DNA of 64,000 nucleotides, from the sequence record MN871446.1; one strand, 5' to 3'. Source of the stretch: Klebsiella phage KpLz-2_45. The notes below the pieces were generated by a model that saw nothing but the letters and a program-made list of their open reading frames with translations, made no database searches and was not told the DNA's origin. Shown here in pieces: positions 28,379 through 38,482 of this stretch (the first letter of the stretch is position 1; each line of letters begins with the position of its first letter). The position numbers and the translations under genes were made by a program.

Positions 28379-29146
28379 TTAAGCAGTGAAGTTTTTCAGA
28401 ATCACGTTGGTCAGTACTTCGCCGATAGAACCCTGAACAACTTCGGTGCAGTTTGCACGCATACGTGCATTAGTGACTTCAACGATCAGTTCGTCGATAT
28501 CACGCAGTGCGTTGGCTTTCTGCATCGGGGTGCAGGCGCCGGAATAACTTTTACGGGTGAAGCTACCAATTACGACGGTGCTTTCCGATTCTTTCACCTG
28601 TGCAGGGTGGTGGTCGGTAGCCGGCGCCAGGATAACCGGAGTGAGTACTTTCTCGGTTTTCGTCGTGACTTCGTCCGTCACGGTACGGAATCCGTAGGTG
28701 CTGTTGCTATCGCGTTCCCATTGTTTGGACGAATCCAGAGTAGGGGCAGCGGCGATCAGTTTGCGCAGTTCCGCCAGGCGTTTTTCCAGGCCCAGGAGTT
28801 CATCTACCGGCACTCCAGAAACGAGGACTTCGCCTTTGAACATGATGTCTGCTTTTGCGACCTGGTTAGTCAGGGCTTTTTGCAGGCGAAGGTCTTCTGC
28901 CGTGGCGAAATATTCGAAGAGGTACTGCAGCGTTTCGGCAACAGTGGTGATCACTGCCTTGCTGGTACTTTCGCTTTTTTCGATCGCGGCGTTGGCGTCG
29001 TTGTCTTCGTGCAGTTTCAGGGTTTTATCAAACCCGCTGAAATATTCAGCCGATTTATTGAATTTTTTACTGGCGTCTTCGATCAGGACTTGCACTTGTT
29101 TGGTGCGAGTGGGTTCTGCTGCCAATACTTCGTGTAACTTAGCCAT
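28379..29146 (-). CDS. hypothetical protein, codon usage typical of highly expressed genes
   Basis: 255 aa ORF with RBS AAGGAAAT; the overlapping plus-strand ORF is a G/F/R-rich antisense artifact. Confidence 0.6.
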   Translation of the reverse strand: MAKLHEVLAAEPTRTKQVQVLIEDASKKFNKSAEYFSGFDKTLKLHEDNDANAAIEKSESTSKAVITTVAETLQYLFEYFATAEDLRLQKALTNQVAKADIMFKGEVLVSGVPVDELLGLEKRLAELRKLIAAAPTLDSSKQWERDSNSTYGFRTVTDEVTTKTEKVLTPVILAPATDHHPAQVKESESTVVIGSFTRKSYSGACTPMQKANALRDIDELIVEVTNARMRANCTEVVQGSIGEVLTNVILKNFTA

Positions 29147-29208
29147 TTGATTTCCTTACGATAAGAGTGAAAATAAAGTTTGTTCATAAACTAGTTAACG
29201 ACGTAAAA

Positions 29209-29241
29209 TAAAAAAAAAGAAAGGGCGTACCCTTTCTTTTT
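29209..29241. terminator. symmetric bidirectional terminator
   Basis: A10, GAAAGGGC-GTA-CCCTTTC, T5. Confidence 0.65.
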
Positions 29242-29247
29242 GGCAGA

Positions 29248-29826
29248 TTAATCTACCATAGCCAACCGTAAAACCACCCCGCTGTAATGACCGCCTAAAT
29301 CCATACGACTGGCCAAAATCCACTGGAAGCCAAACGCTCTCGCAATGTAGCGAAACCCTGCGACATTAACGGCCGGTTCGTACCGATCACCGTCAACATC
29401 ATCCGGCAGATTACGTTGGTGAACTTGTGCCATTAAAGAATCGAAATCTGGGAGTAGCTTATAAGCGTACTCGACTAAAATATCTTTCATCCAGACGACG
29501 TACACCTCGCAGTCAAAACTTTCCATTACCGGAGTAATAGATAACCGCGTAATATTGCGCGCTTTATCTTCCAGCGTATATGCTTTGATTTGACGCACTC
29601 CGGCGGCATAAAGTTCGTCGAGTGTTTCGTTGAGTTCGTAATTAAAAGGGAGATCAAACCCAAGGATATTTTTAGCGTCATTCTCTACGTCCAGGTCAAC
29701 GATGCTCGTTCCAGGGGGCGAGATATGGGTAACCGTGATAAGAATGTGTTTGGCAGTGGAAGCAGAAACTTTTCCGGCCAAGTTAAACGCAGCAACAAAT
29801 TTTCCTAACGAGATTAATTCTGACAT
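29248..29826 (-). CDS. hypothetical protein
   Basis: 192 aa ORF. Confidence 0.5.
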   Translation of the reverse strand: MSELISLGKFVAAFNLAGKVSASTAKHILITVTHISPPGTSIVDLDVENDAKNILGFDLPFNYELNETLDELYAAGVRQIKAYTLEDKARNITRLSITPVMESFDCEVYVVWMKDILVEYAYKLLPDFDSLMAQVHQRNLPDDVDGDRYEPAVNVAGFRYIARAFGFQWILASRMDLGGHYSGVVLRLAMVD

Positions 29827-29837
29827 GTTATTCTCCT

Positions 29838-29878
29838 AAAACAAAATAAGGGCAGGTAGGGGTCGAAACCCCTACCCA
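29838..29878 (-). terminator. rho-independent terminator
   Basis: GGTAGGGGT-TTCG-ACCCCTACC stem followed by a T-rich run on the minus strand. Confidence 0.55.
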
Positions 29879-29883
29879 GTAAA

Positions 29884-30336
29884 TTATTCGGCCATCAGTA
29901 CGTTTTTGCAGGAGAACAAATATTCCTGCTGATCAAAATGATCCCAGTCAACTTCGACATAGATTTTGATCGCATTGGTACGGGCTCCAACTTTGCCCTT
30001 CATGGCGATGTGAACACGCACTGTACCTAAGCCGCATTTACAAACACGGTCAATTGTTTTTGCGACATCCAGCGCGCGAGCACCTTGACCAAAAAGAGAA
30101 ACAAACTCTTTTGCATCAAAACGATCACCATGGGAATGAATGCGATTAGACAAAAGGATACGAGCATTGGCCGCGAAAGCTAACTGTTCGGCTTCTTCCA
30201 GGGTCTCAACGAATTTCACTTCGGGGAGATAACCTGTACTTTCGGCTAAGCCTTTGGTTTTCAGAATGACACGTTGAATCTTGATCTTTTGTTCTTCGGT
30301 AATCATGTACGTACGAATCCTAATTGAGAGTTGCAC
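29884..30336 (-). CDS. hypothetical protein
   Basis: 150 aa ORF; start uncertain (alternative ATG at 30306). Confidence 0.45.
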   Translation of the reverse strand: MQLSIRIRTYMITEEQKIKIQRVILKTKGLAESTGYLPEVKFVETLEEAEQLAFAANARILLSNRIHSHGDRFDAKEFVSLFGQGARALDVAKTIDRVCKCGLGTVRVHIAMKGKVGARTNAIKIYVEVDWDHFDQQEYLFSCKNVLMAE

Positions 30337-30364
30337 AAAGAATAATCACAACGTTAAACTTTGA

Positions 30365-30652
30365 TTAACGAAGCGCAGCATTAAAACGCTGTTTAAATAA
30401 CTTCTGGAAACCCGTTTTCACCATCGGATTAAAGCCGGTTTCGGTACGGTGACGGAATTCAATTGTCGATCCGTTAACGATCAACAGGAGTTTTTGATAG
30501 GGTTCCAGGCCGTCTTCTACCGAGAACGACATCGCATCGACGTTAATAAGATCAATCGCGTGGAACGCGTTATCGGTTTCAATCGTAACGACGTTTCCTT
30601 TTTCGCTGGCCTGGGAATCTACTTTGAAGAGATGTTTGGTATAAACAATCAT
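30365..30652 (-). CDS. hypothetical protein
   Basis: 95 aa ORF. Confidence 0.45.
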   Translation of the reverse strand: MIVYTKHLFKVDSQASEKGNVVTIETDNAFHAIDLINVDAMSFSVEDGLEPYQKLLLIVNGSTIEFRHRTETGFNPMVKTGFQKLFKQRFNAALR

Positions 30653-30664
30653 TTTACCTCCGGA

Positions 30665-31834
30665 TTAAATAAAACTTGTTTTGATCATACTTTCAGTTTC
30701 GATGAAGGTCTCCCAGTTTAATGCTTCCGCCAACGTGATTTTCTCACGACCAGCGAAATCTACCGGTTCGAGATCAACTGCGCTCCGGGCCTTCGCTGCT
30801 TCGGTTTCGTTTAACGTTCTGAATGACAGGGCTTTAAACAAACGGCCGGGGCGAATAATTGCATTATCGACTGACTTGAGGTTAAGTAAGTTAGTTGAGA
30901 TAATGAATTTGACGTTACCGGAAGTGATCCCCTCTGCGGCGTTTAATAAACCGGACATTAAGCTATTACCGTTTTCGCGACGCTCCAGCATAACTAGCTG
31001 GTCTTCGGTGACGAGCCAAGTACCGTCATCCAAATCATGGATATACGGAACAATAGATGGCGAATTGAGTACGTCTGCAGTATCCGCTACAACGACGTTA
31101 TCATTTTTTTGTTCATTTTTCCACCGTATCATTTCACGAATGAACTGACTCTTACCTAACCCTGGTGCACCATAAAGGACTAAAACATTATTGTTTGATT
31201 TATCAAATGCTTCCGCCAATTCCGCAGGGGATAATGAGAAATAAGGCCAGAATCCCTTAAAGTCTTTTATCTCTTTTTTATCTTGCAGTCGTTTGTTCCG
31301 CGCAACGACATTACCGGCAGCATTCAGCGACAAACGAGAAACCGTTTCCGGTAAGCGGGCCGTGAAGAACGTACTGATGATTTCCCCGAACCCTTGACAG
31401 AGATCGTCAGGCCCGTAACAGAATACAAAGTTTTCTGAGACACCGGACCCAAAATAGAGCATCCCTACAATCTCTCCTCGTAGGTTAGCGAGAAGGAATG
31501 CCCCAGGAATAATTTCGGTGTAAACAAAAGTGTCGAATTTCGAGAGGTAATTACGTAACTGATTGGAAAGCAGTTCCTCAACACTTTTCCCTAAGTCGCG
31601 TGCATTCCCTGTTAACCAAAACCCTTTCCTTGAGAAACCCATAGGGCGATTATTGACCCCCAAGAAAATTTTGATCGCTTTTTTAACATGGTCGCCGTTA
31701 CTTCGACCTTCAACATTTATCCGGCAGTAAATATCGAAAAATTCCATCATTTCTTCTTTGAGCTTACCTGAATCGGCGCGTGCATTTGACGTAAAATCTT
31801 TAGTCAAAACATTGTTTTTACTTTCATTAGCCAT
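30665..31834 (-). CDS. P-loop NTPase (SF3-helicase-like), paralog 1
   Basis: Walker A LYGAPGLGKSQF; downstream FIISTN motif-C-like; about 45 percent identical blocks with the 32363..33631 product. Confidence 0.5.
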   Translation of the reverse strand: MANESKNNVLTKDFTSNARADSGKLKEEMMEFFDIYCRINVEGRSNGDHVKKAIKIFLGVNNRPMGFSRKGFWLTGNARDLGKSVEELLSNQLRNYLSKFDTFVYTEIIPGAFLLANLRGEIVGMLYFGSGVSENFVFCYGPDDLCQGFGEIISTFFTARLPETVSRLSLNAAGNVVARNKRLQDKKEIKDFKGFWPYFSLSPAELAEAFDKSNNNVLVLYGAPGLGKSQFIREMIRWKNEQKNDNVVVADTADVLNSPSIVPYIHDLDDGTWLVTEDQLVMLERRENGNSLMSGLLNAAEGITSGNVKFIISTNLLNLKSVDNAIIRPGRLFKALSFRTLNETEAAKARSAVDLEPVDFAGREKITLAEALNWETFIETESMIKTSFI

Positions 31835-31938
31835 TTAGATTTCCTTATTAAACAAAGTTAGTTATTGACAAGTACAACCACCAGAGAAAATACTCCCGTA
31901 GCACTTTTCGCAGATGACATCTTCAATGGTCAGTATAA

Positions 31939-32283
31939 TCATTTCTTTTTCCTACTTGGGGATTTCATCCCGGTTTCCAAAATACTGAGTTGTACTTCCA
32001 TCTCAGCGAGCGCTTTGTCAACCGACGCTAATTCCTTCACAAGCGTTTTATCCGACCCTGCACTCACTGCGGCAGTGTGGCGGTCAAATTCGATCACTTT
32101 CTCAACGTCCCCTACGGGACATTCTAAAACATGGGCTATTTCTTCATCAGAAAGCCCACGTGCCCTTAAGACTGTAGGAGAGAGCTCTGCACTGAATTCA
32201 GGAAATAACCGCTCACGTTCGATCTGGCGACCTAAACGATACGTTTGGCGATCGAGGCTATTAAACTTCGTTTTGCGTGCCAT
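31939..32283 (-). CDS. small HTH-like DNA-binding protein (start at internal Met)
   Basis: RBS TAAGGAG before the ATG at 32283; LSDEEIAHVLECPVGDVEKVI helix-turn-helix-like segment; the promoter motif lies upstream inside the longer tabulated ORF. Confidence 0.4.
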   Translation of the reverse strand: MARKTKFNSLDRQTYRLGRQIERERLFPEFSAELSPTVLRARGLSDEEIAHVLECPVGDVEKVIEFDRHTAAVSAGSDKTLVKELASVDKALAEMEVQLSILETGMKSPSRKKK

Positions 32284-32362
32284 GTCATTTGGACTCCTTA
32301 GGGTATCTACGTAAGTGATATATACGTAAATAGACATGGGGCGGGAATTACCGCCCATACGG

Positions 32363-33631
32363 TTAACGACCGATAAAGCCGCCTTGTTTGATCTCGCTTT
32401 GCAGCGCCTGATACGCTTCCCAGTTTAATGCTTCCGCTAAGCTGAGTTTGGACACGTTACCGAAATCAATTGGAGGATGCCCTATCGCAGCGCGGGCGGC
32501 ATTAGCTTGATCAGCTGTTAACGCTTTGAACGGGATGACGCGTAAAGTACGACCTGGACGATACAGGGCATGATCAACGTCTTTTAACGACGTGATGTTA
32601 GTTGAGATAATGAATTTGACATTACCAGAGGTGATCCCTTCGGCAGCATTCAGTATCCCAGCCATCAGACTGTTACCCATATCACGTGCTTCGATCATTT
32701 CATGGGCGTCTTCAGTCACCAACCAGCTGTTACTTGGCATGTCGTGAACGTAAGGTGTAAACCGCGGGGATTTAAATACCGGGTTATCGTCGCAAACAAA
32801 TACGGTACCGTAAGAGTTCTCATCTTTCCACTTGATCATCTCGGCGATATATTGGCTCTTACCTAACCCTGGCTCGCCGTACAAAATCAGTACGTTCGAG
32901 TCACTGGCTTCAAACTCGGCTGCCATCTCACGAGGTGACTTGGGTGCGAATGGCCAAAAGGCTTTTGGATCGGTAACTGTGCGCCGTTGTTTCAGTGTTT
33001 TATATTGACTTTGAACATCATTGTTACCTGTTAAACAGAGCCGACGAATGGTAATATTCTTCTCTTTATTCTGGAAGCTGTTGAAAATATCTTTGAGGAT
33101 TTTCCCGATCGAAAAGTCACCAACGTAAAAAAATCTTTGTTGGCTACCATTATCTTCTATTTGGCATGTCCCTACAATTTTATCATCACGAAAGATAAAG
33201 AAGCTCCTGTGGCTAAATGGTTCAGTATAGATTCCGTACTGATTCATTTTGTCCAAGAAAAGTTTCAGTACTTCCATTTCAAATTGAAAGGCCGTATCAC
33301 CAAAAGGACGTTCGTAGTTAATGAACGTTTGAATACTCACTGCTTCCCTTTCAAGCAGTTGAAAGAAACGCATTAGCAATACCTGACTATTTAAGTTTTC
33401 GCTAACTCGTTCTACCGTGGGGTAAAGTCCTTTAAAAATCAGACGGTGGAATTCTTTAATTTCTTCGTACTTTTTAGCGCGAGATGCTTCATTAAGCGGT
33501 GGGTAATTCAATAATATCTCATGGAAAATCGCAGTACGAGAAGATAATAGAGTATTAGTTTCTTCTTCAACTGCTTCTTCCCAAGGTGCTAGAAGTTCTA
33601 CTGATTCTTCGCGGAAAGCATGTAAGGACAT
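32363..33631 (-). CDS. P-loop NTPase (SF3-helicase-like), paralog 2
   Basis: Walker A LYGEPGLGKSQY; FIISTN; shared C-terminal blocks with paralog 1. Confidence 0.5.
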   Translation of the reverse strand: MSLHAFREESVELLAPWEEAVEEETNTLLSSRTAIFHEILLNYPPLNEASRAKKYEEIKEFHRLIFKGLYPTVERVSENLNSQVLLMRFFQLLEREAVSIQTFINYERPFGDTAFQFEMEVLKLFLDKMNQYGIYTEPFSHRSFFIFRDDKIVGTCQIEDNGSQQRFFYVGDFSIGKILKDIFNSFQNKEKNITIRRLCLTGNNDVQSQYKTLKQRRTVTDPKAFWPFAPKSPREMAAEFEASDSNVLILYGEPGLGKSQYIAEMIKWKDENSYGTVFVCDDNPVFKSPRFTPYVHDMPSNSWLVTEDAHEMIEARDMGNSLMAGILNAAEGITSGNVKFIISTNITSLKDVDHALYRPGRTLRVIPFKALTADQANAARAAIGHPPIDFGNVSKLSLAEALNWEAYQALQSEIKQGGFIGR

Positions 33632-33657
33632 TGACTGTCTCCTTGAACAAAATGGAT

Positions 33658-34296
33658 TTAATTAATGGGAACTAAAACAGGATGATTCTCTGCTTTACTG
33701 ACTAATTGCGCCTTTGTCTTCTTGTCACCAATCATGGCGTTTCCTTTCCCTGAAACAAACTTCACAAAACCCTCGCCTTTACCCAATTGGTTGGCTATTA
33801 CCCTACCTTGTTTTTCAATAAAACGCCGATCTGTCCCTAAGGCTTTATTCGCCAATTCCCCGTCAACAAAAGCACTTCCGAAATAATTAACGCGAAACAC
33901 CTTTGTCTTGCCGCCCAACAAGTAAGGAACTTCTATTCCTTTTTCGGGTAACGCGTCAACGTACTTTAACGAAGAGAAAATAACGCGCGCACTTCTCCCT
34001 TTCTCAACCCCTTTGTGAATCAACATGACGATATCGTCCGCTAAGGTCTTCCAGCTATAGGGGTATAAGTTCCCGTGGAAATAAATCCCGATCAGTTGCG
34101 ACAATTCCCCTTGGGTATTTATTGCCATTAACCCGTCGAAGTCACGCACTTTGTGCATATCGCAGGTTAAGCTCACAATTGCGCGCTCACCAAAGAAGAT
34201 ACTGGCTTTTACCAACTCCCCGTGTTTACCTACTTCACCGATAATCGATTGTTTTTTATCCGTGTACCGAAAAGTTGTATTCAACACTCGACTCAT
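33658..34296 (-). CDS. hypothetical protein
   Basis: 212 aa ORF. Confidence 0.5.
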   Translation of the reverse strand: MSRVLNTTFRYTDKKQSIIGEVGKHGELVKASIFFGERAIVSLTCDMHKVRDFDGLMAINTQGELSQLIGIYFHGNLYPYSWKTLADDIVMLIHKGVEKGRSARVIFSSLKYVDALPEKGIEVPYLLGGKTKVFRVNYFGSAFVDGELANKALGTDRRFIEKQGRVIANQLGKGEGFVKFVSGKGNAMIGDKKTKAQLVSKAENHPVLVPIN

Positions 34297-34308
34297 GTCG
34301 TCCCCTCT

Positions 34309-34656
34309 TTAAACCAATAACCCTAAAGCAATACCAAAAAGCGTACCGATGAAAATCCCTAAGACAACGGGTTTAAATGCACTACTCAGCGATCCATTAC
34401 GCTCTAAGAGACGTTCCCTTTCTTTGGCCAGTAATTCCTGTTCTTTCTCGTTTAACGCGTCAGCGTGGCGCTGAGCGTCTTCTGCGGTCTCATACACCGA
34501 GAAAGTCCGACAACCAAATTGATCAGTTTCATGCGTATAACGGTATTCGTCGTCGTAGCTCGTGACCTTTCTGTCCATGGGTAAGTCGTTAATCGACAAC
34601 TGATATTTATTGTACATCACGACGTAACCCTTTTTGTATCGATTGATTCCGTACAT
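34309..34656 (-). CDS. hypothetical protein with C-terminal transmembrane anchor
   Basis: C-terminal VVLGIFIGTLFGIALGLLV hydrophobic segment. Confidence 0.45.
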   Translation of the reverse strand: MYGINRYKKGYVVMYNKYQLSINDLPMDRKVTSYDDEYRYTHETDQFGCRTFSVYETAEDAQRHADALNEKEQELLAKERERLLERNGSLSSAFKPVVLGIFIGTLFGIALGLLV

Positions 34657-34700
34657 TTCATTTCCTCCGTTAAGTAATGAATTTTATCGAGGGGTATTTT

Positions 34701-35042
34701 TTATTTTTCCTGTATATCAAATTCCCGGTAGCGTCTAATAAATTCTAACACTCCTTTTGCCCACCGGGCGTTAAAAGTGGCTCTGTCCAGCGAATGGTAC
34801 AGGATGACAGTATCATCCTGCCAACCCTCTTTACTTTTCCGTAGCCAATCGATAAAGAGACGTAACCCTTCGGCTTTTTCAGATTCTTGAATAAAGCGTG
34901 TATACTGGTCGACGTCCTGAGGATCTTCTTTCTTTAAACGTAAGAGATCCTTTTGAAGCTGATTCACGATTAACTCAAAACGAGCAGTGTAACGATCCTC
35001 CTGAGTTAATCGGTTAAAATCCAAATAGGGTTCTTTGGTCAT
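34701..35042 (-). CDS. hypothetical protein
   Basis: 113 aa ORF. Confidence 0.45.
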   Translation of the reverse strand: MTKEPYLDFNRLTQEDRYTARFELIVNQLQKDLLRLKKEDPQDVDQYTRFIQESEKAEGLRLFIDWLRKSKEGWQDDTVILYHSLDRATFNARWAKGVLEFIRRYREFDIQEK

Positions 35043-35066
35043 TTCTTTTCCCTTTCCCTTTAAAAC

Positions 35067-35465
35067 TCAATTGATTGCCGTAGACTTCTCTACACTGCCG
35101 TAACGGTTAATAACTAATTCAGTACCGTCTCGTTCAAAGTACGGCTGAAGAACCATTACCCCATTACTGTTATCAATGACCTTGTAAAAGACGGCTGAAA
35201 CACCGTACTCGTTGTAAACGACGGCTTTAATGCAATGTTCAAAGGTCTCCTCGTTTAACGTTTGGAAGGGGATCATCATGAAACCGTCGCCTTCTTTTTT
35301 GTTGATGTAAATAACATTGTCCCCTGGAACGAGTTCTTCTAACGTACTCGGGTTGTAGAAGTCAAAGTTACCTGCGGGGGTTCCCAGGGTGATATCTTTC
35401 GTTCTTACTTTGGTCATCTGTGGGGTATTCATTTTTCTTCCTTCAATGAAACATAAAACATCCAT
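35067..35465 (-). CDS. hypothetical protein
   Basis: 132 aa ORF. Confidence 0.45.
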   Translation of the reverse strand: MDVLCFIEGRKMNTPQMTKVRTKDITLGTPAGNFDFYNPSTLEELVPGDNVIYINKKEGDGFMMIPFQTLNEETFEHCIKAVVYNEYGVSAVFYKVIDNSNGVMVLQPYFERDGTELVINRYGSVEKSTAIN

Positions 35466-36163
35466 CTTTGAGTGTTGTGAGCAAAATCACCTTTAATCAC
35501 GACGCTCTCTGTAGGGTTGTTCTCGGACGAGAACAACCTTTCTGCTGCATCCCTGATAATCTGGATGTTATCACGGAAAAGGTCGCTCTGTTGTAGACGG
35601 TGAGTTTCCCTGAAACCAAATGCCTCAAACGGAATATTTTGGAACTCCTTTAAACCCCTTTCGACTAAGAAGTCTTGATCATCCGTATGAAAACCTCCCA
35701 GAGCCTTATAATTTTCTGGGGGAACTATGGCTATCTGCCAATTTCCGGCTGAATAACAAGGGAGTTCAGTCAGAATGAATTCTATCTCTTTGTGCTCAGA
35801 ATCGATAATGTTAGGGCCTTTTAACTCTTTAATAATCTGAGAAATCCTGGCCGAAGAGAGTTCGTACATCTCCGCTAATTTCCTTTGTGGGATACCGGAT
35901 AAAAACCCCACGCCAATATTCAGCTTTTTGATCTCTGCTAAGATCGCTTTTGTTTCCGCAAGCATCTTATCAATCTCAGGGTTAGCTTGACCCAGCTTAT
36001 GCTGATACTCTAACCTTTCAACAATAGTCTTTGTTAAAGTTAATAAGTCAGTCTGTGTATTTGTCCATTTCACTAACTCCTCAATACTCAACGATTTCTT
36101 CATCTTTTCCTCCTCAAGAGACATAATCCCAGAGGAGAGTTTTATACTCTCTCTCCAGGTCAA
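35429..36163 (-). CDS. putative transcription regulator with sigma-70 region-4-like HTH
   Basis: IPQRKLAEMYELSSARISQIIKEL resembles a sigma region 4.2 HTH. Confidence 0.4.
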   Translation of the reverse strand: MTWRESIKLSSGIMSLEEEKMKKSLSIEELVKWTNTQTDLLTLTKTIVERLEYQHKLGQANPEIDKMLAETKAILAEIKKLNIGVGFLSGIPQRKLAEMYELSSARISQIIKELKGPNIIDSEHKEIEFILTELPCYSAGNWQIAIVPPENYKALGGFHTDDQDFLVERGLKEFQNIPFEAFGFRETHRLQQSDLFRDNIQIIRDAAERLFSSENNPTESVVIKGDFAHNTQRWMFYVSLKEEK

Positions 36164-36439
36164 TTATTCGTATTGTTAACTACCAGCGTAATCTTCATTT
36201 CAATCAGATTACTTGAAGGAGTATTACTCCCTTCCGGTACCTCTTTACCTTAACCGAGAGTTCACTGTGTTCACTCTCTCTAAGGAAGGTACCTGCAGTA
36301 CGTAATAGCTAACTGTTTCGGATTGGTGCATTATTTAAAACCACCCCCTTTCCCCCAAAACTTTATTTTTACCATTACCCTCAAAGTGACCAGTAAAACG
36401 ACCTTTGATTCACATATAAAGAAAAAGCGTTAAAAAATA

Positions 36440-37411
36440 TTAATTACTTTTCTCAATAAACCGATAACGAAATAATTCAGTTTCAATAATCGGGAAATAG
36501 GATCTGTCACGGTATTCGTTTAAGATCAAATTGTGGTAAAAAATCGCCTTCTTAAACTCGCTATCTGATTTATGAACATCCCTATAACGATTGATAGAGG
36601 GTCTTTCATAATACGCGTAACCAAGAGAAACGATCAGGTTGATGAGTTTACTTTGAGTATCGATCCCATCTAAGGATTCGTAGTGATCGAAATAATCTTT
36701 GTAAACATTATCGGATGGATCTAAAACGAAACGATCAAAATTCCAGCCAGAGTGCCTGATGACCAACTGGTATTTTTCTGGATTGCGTAGAATAAGATCC
36801 AGTGGAACACCCAGTCCAAACTCATCTTCGTTATCGCCATGATAAAGAGAATTAACCTCTCGATCAATGAGTTCAATAACACGTTCCTCTGGTAAATTAA
36901 CCGAAAATTGAAGCTCCTTCATTCTGCGAATATTGGCAATGACCCCAGCTAACTCCGGATCTTTAGGTTTCCTTAATAACCCTACCCCAAAGTCGGTGTC
37001 AATTTGAAAGGTACATTTATCGGAAGTTAAATTTTCGATATACCGCCGGGCAGCCTCTTGAAAATATTCAGTTATTTGACTATCGTCAAGGGCTAAATCG
37101 GTAAAGCAATATTCGGCCTCAGCAAAACGCCGAAATAAATCAACCACGGTTTCTTTCCGTTTCTTCTTATCCCATGAAGGATTAAAATGAGTACTGGTAG
37201 CAACGTTGGATCGGAATAAAGAATCACCCGGTAGCCGTACCATAACCCCATTTCGCTGACTGAAAAATTGTACAGCAATGAGATCTTGTTGATCTATTCC
37301 AAAAAGATGATTGAACCGTTCAATTGAGTTCTCTAAATCTTTACCATCGAAATAAATGTCGAGATCATTATTTTCTTCTACTTGCTCCGTGCGATACAGT
37401 GTCTTTTTCAT
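36440..37411 (-). CDS. hypothetical protein
   Basis: 323 aa ORF, last gene of the macro-domain operon. Confidence 0.45.
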   Translation of the reverse strand: MKKTLYRTEQVEENNDLDIYFDGKDLENSIERFNHLFGIDQQDLIAVQFFSQRNGVMVRLPGDSLFRSNVATSTHFNPSWDKKKRKETVVDLFRRFAEAEYCFTDLALDDSQITEYFQEAARRYIENLTSDKCTFQIDTDFGVGLLRKPKDPELAGVIANIRRMKELQFSVNLPEERVIELIDREVNSLYHGDNEDEFGLGVPLDLILRNPEKYQLVIRHSGWNFDRFVLDPSDNVYKDYFDHYESLDGIDTQSKLINLIVSLGYAYYERPSINRYRDVHKSDSEFKKAIFYHNLILNEYRDRSYFPIIETELFRYRFIEKSN

Positions 37412-37650
37412 GCGACCTTCTCCCCGTACTTCAAATTGACGACAAACCCAACTTTCTCTAACCCGGAAAGATCTCTCTGACCTAACATGCGAAGGAAAGT
37501 TTGATTAATGACAATCTGGCTACGGATCCCGACAGGCAGTCGTTTTCTTTCACGTAACGCTTCACGAATACGTTTACGAAAATTCTTACAAGTTTCTTCA
37601 TCCAGCGTCGCCAGCTTTTTCAGATCGTGTTCAATCAGTGCTAAAGTCAT
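37408..37650 (-). CDS. hypothetical protein
   Basis: 80 aa ORF with ATGA overlap. Confidence 0.4.
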   Translation of the reverse strand: MTLALIEHDLKKLATLDEETCKNFRKRIREALRERKRLPVGIRSQIVINQTFLRMLGQRDLSGLEKVGFVVNLKYGEKVA

Positions 37651-37663
37651 GTTATTTTCCTTT

Positions 37664-38029
37664 TTAGTGTTTAATGAGTCTGTTGAAGTATTCGTCAGGG
37701 ATAGTAACTAAGGGTTGAGATTTCCCTTCGCTGATTAATCCGATCGGAAAACCCTGATCACTGTACCCGATGATTTTCACTAATCGGATATGTTTAAGGT
37801 GTCCCGATTGATAAACAACATTATTCCGTCGTTTCCATTCTTCGATCAACCGCTGTTCTTCGAAGAAGTCATTGGCGGTCGTTAAATAACCCTCAGGAAT
37901 CTCTGAGGGCGTTTTCACTGCAATAAGGTAGTACTTATCCAAAACTAACTGATCGATGCTCAGAGGCGCATTCAGGAACCCTGACATCGGTCGAGTTTGG
38001 TTAGCGGTAATATCGATCGTGACTTTCAT
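37664..38029 (-). CDS. hypothetical protein
   Basis: 121 aa ORF. Confidence 0.45.
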   Translation of the reverse strand: MKVTIDITANQTRPMSGFLNAPLSIDQLVLDKYYLIAVKTPSEIPEGYLTTANDFFEEQRLIEEWKRRNNVVYQSGHLKHIRLVKIIGYSDQGFPIGLISEGKSQPLVTIPDEYFNRLIKH

Positions 38030-38038
38030 CCTTCGTCC

Positions 38039-38482
38039 TTAAAAATACAAATGAACATCAACTAAGGCTGCACCCAATTCATCGTCTGTCATCCTCCTCA
38101 CGATGACCGGGTCTAACTTACCGTTACCACAGCCCAAATGCGTTAATGCAAGCGTGTTGACCTGTTCCCGTTCTACAAAGACTGCGATCCGTTTTAAACA
38201 GGCTTCTACCCACGGGTACCGAGAAGGGTAACGCCAATGGTCTTTAGTCGCCGCCAGTAACAGTCGCGTCCCGTCGTTCGCTTCCGTATACCAGACGTTC
38301 CCTGGTTTCCATTGGGCTTTATCGCACTGCGCTCTATACCGCGCGTAGACCTCAGGGTAGCGTTGCTTGCATGTCAAGGCGACTCCAGCACCCATTGCCC
38401 CTACGCAATTTACGGTTACGACCTTTACGACCTCAGCCTCTTCCTCAAACAAATCCCCTTTCCGCAAATATAAAATACCCAC
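38039..38482 (-). CDS. macro-domain protein (ADP-ribose binding / ADP-ribosyl hydrolase family)
   Basis: VVTVNCVGAMGAGVAL matches the macro-domain N-terminal signature; THLGCGNGKLD matches the distal phosphate-binding loop; 147 aa. Confidence 0.6.
   Translation of the reverse strand: MGILYLRKGDLFEEEAEVVKVVTVNCVGAMGAGVALTCKQRYPEVYARYRAQCDKAQWKPGNVWYTEANDGTRLLLAATKDHWRYPSRYPWVEACLKRIAVFVEREQVNTLALTHLGCGNGKLDPVIVRRMTDDELGAALVDVHLYF

Noticed and set aside
28355-29137. 260 aa plus-strand ORF
   Set aside because: It is fully antisense to the better-supported minus-strand gene 28379..29146 (RBS, K/E-rich normal composition). The plus-frame product is F/R/G/C-rich, typical of an antisense artifact in a codon-biased gene.
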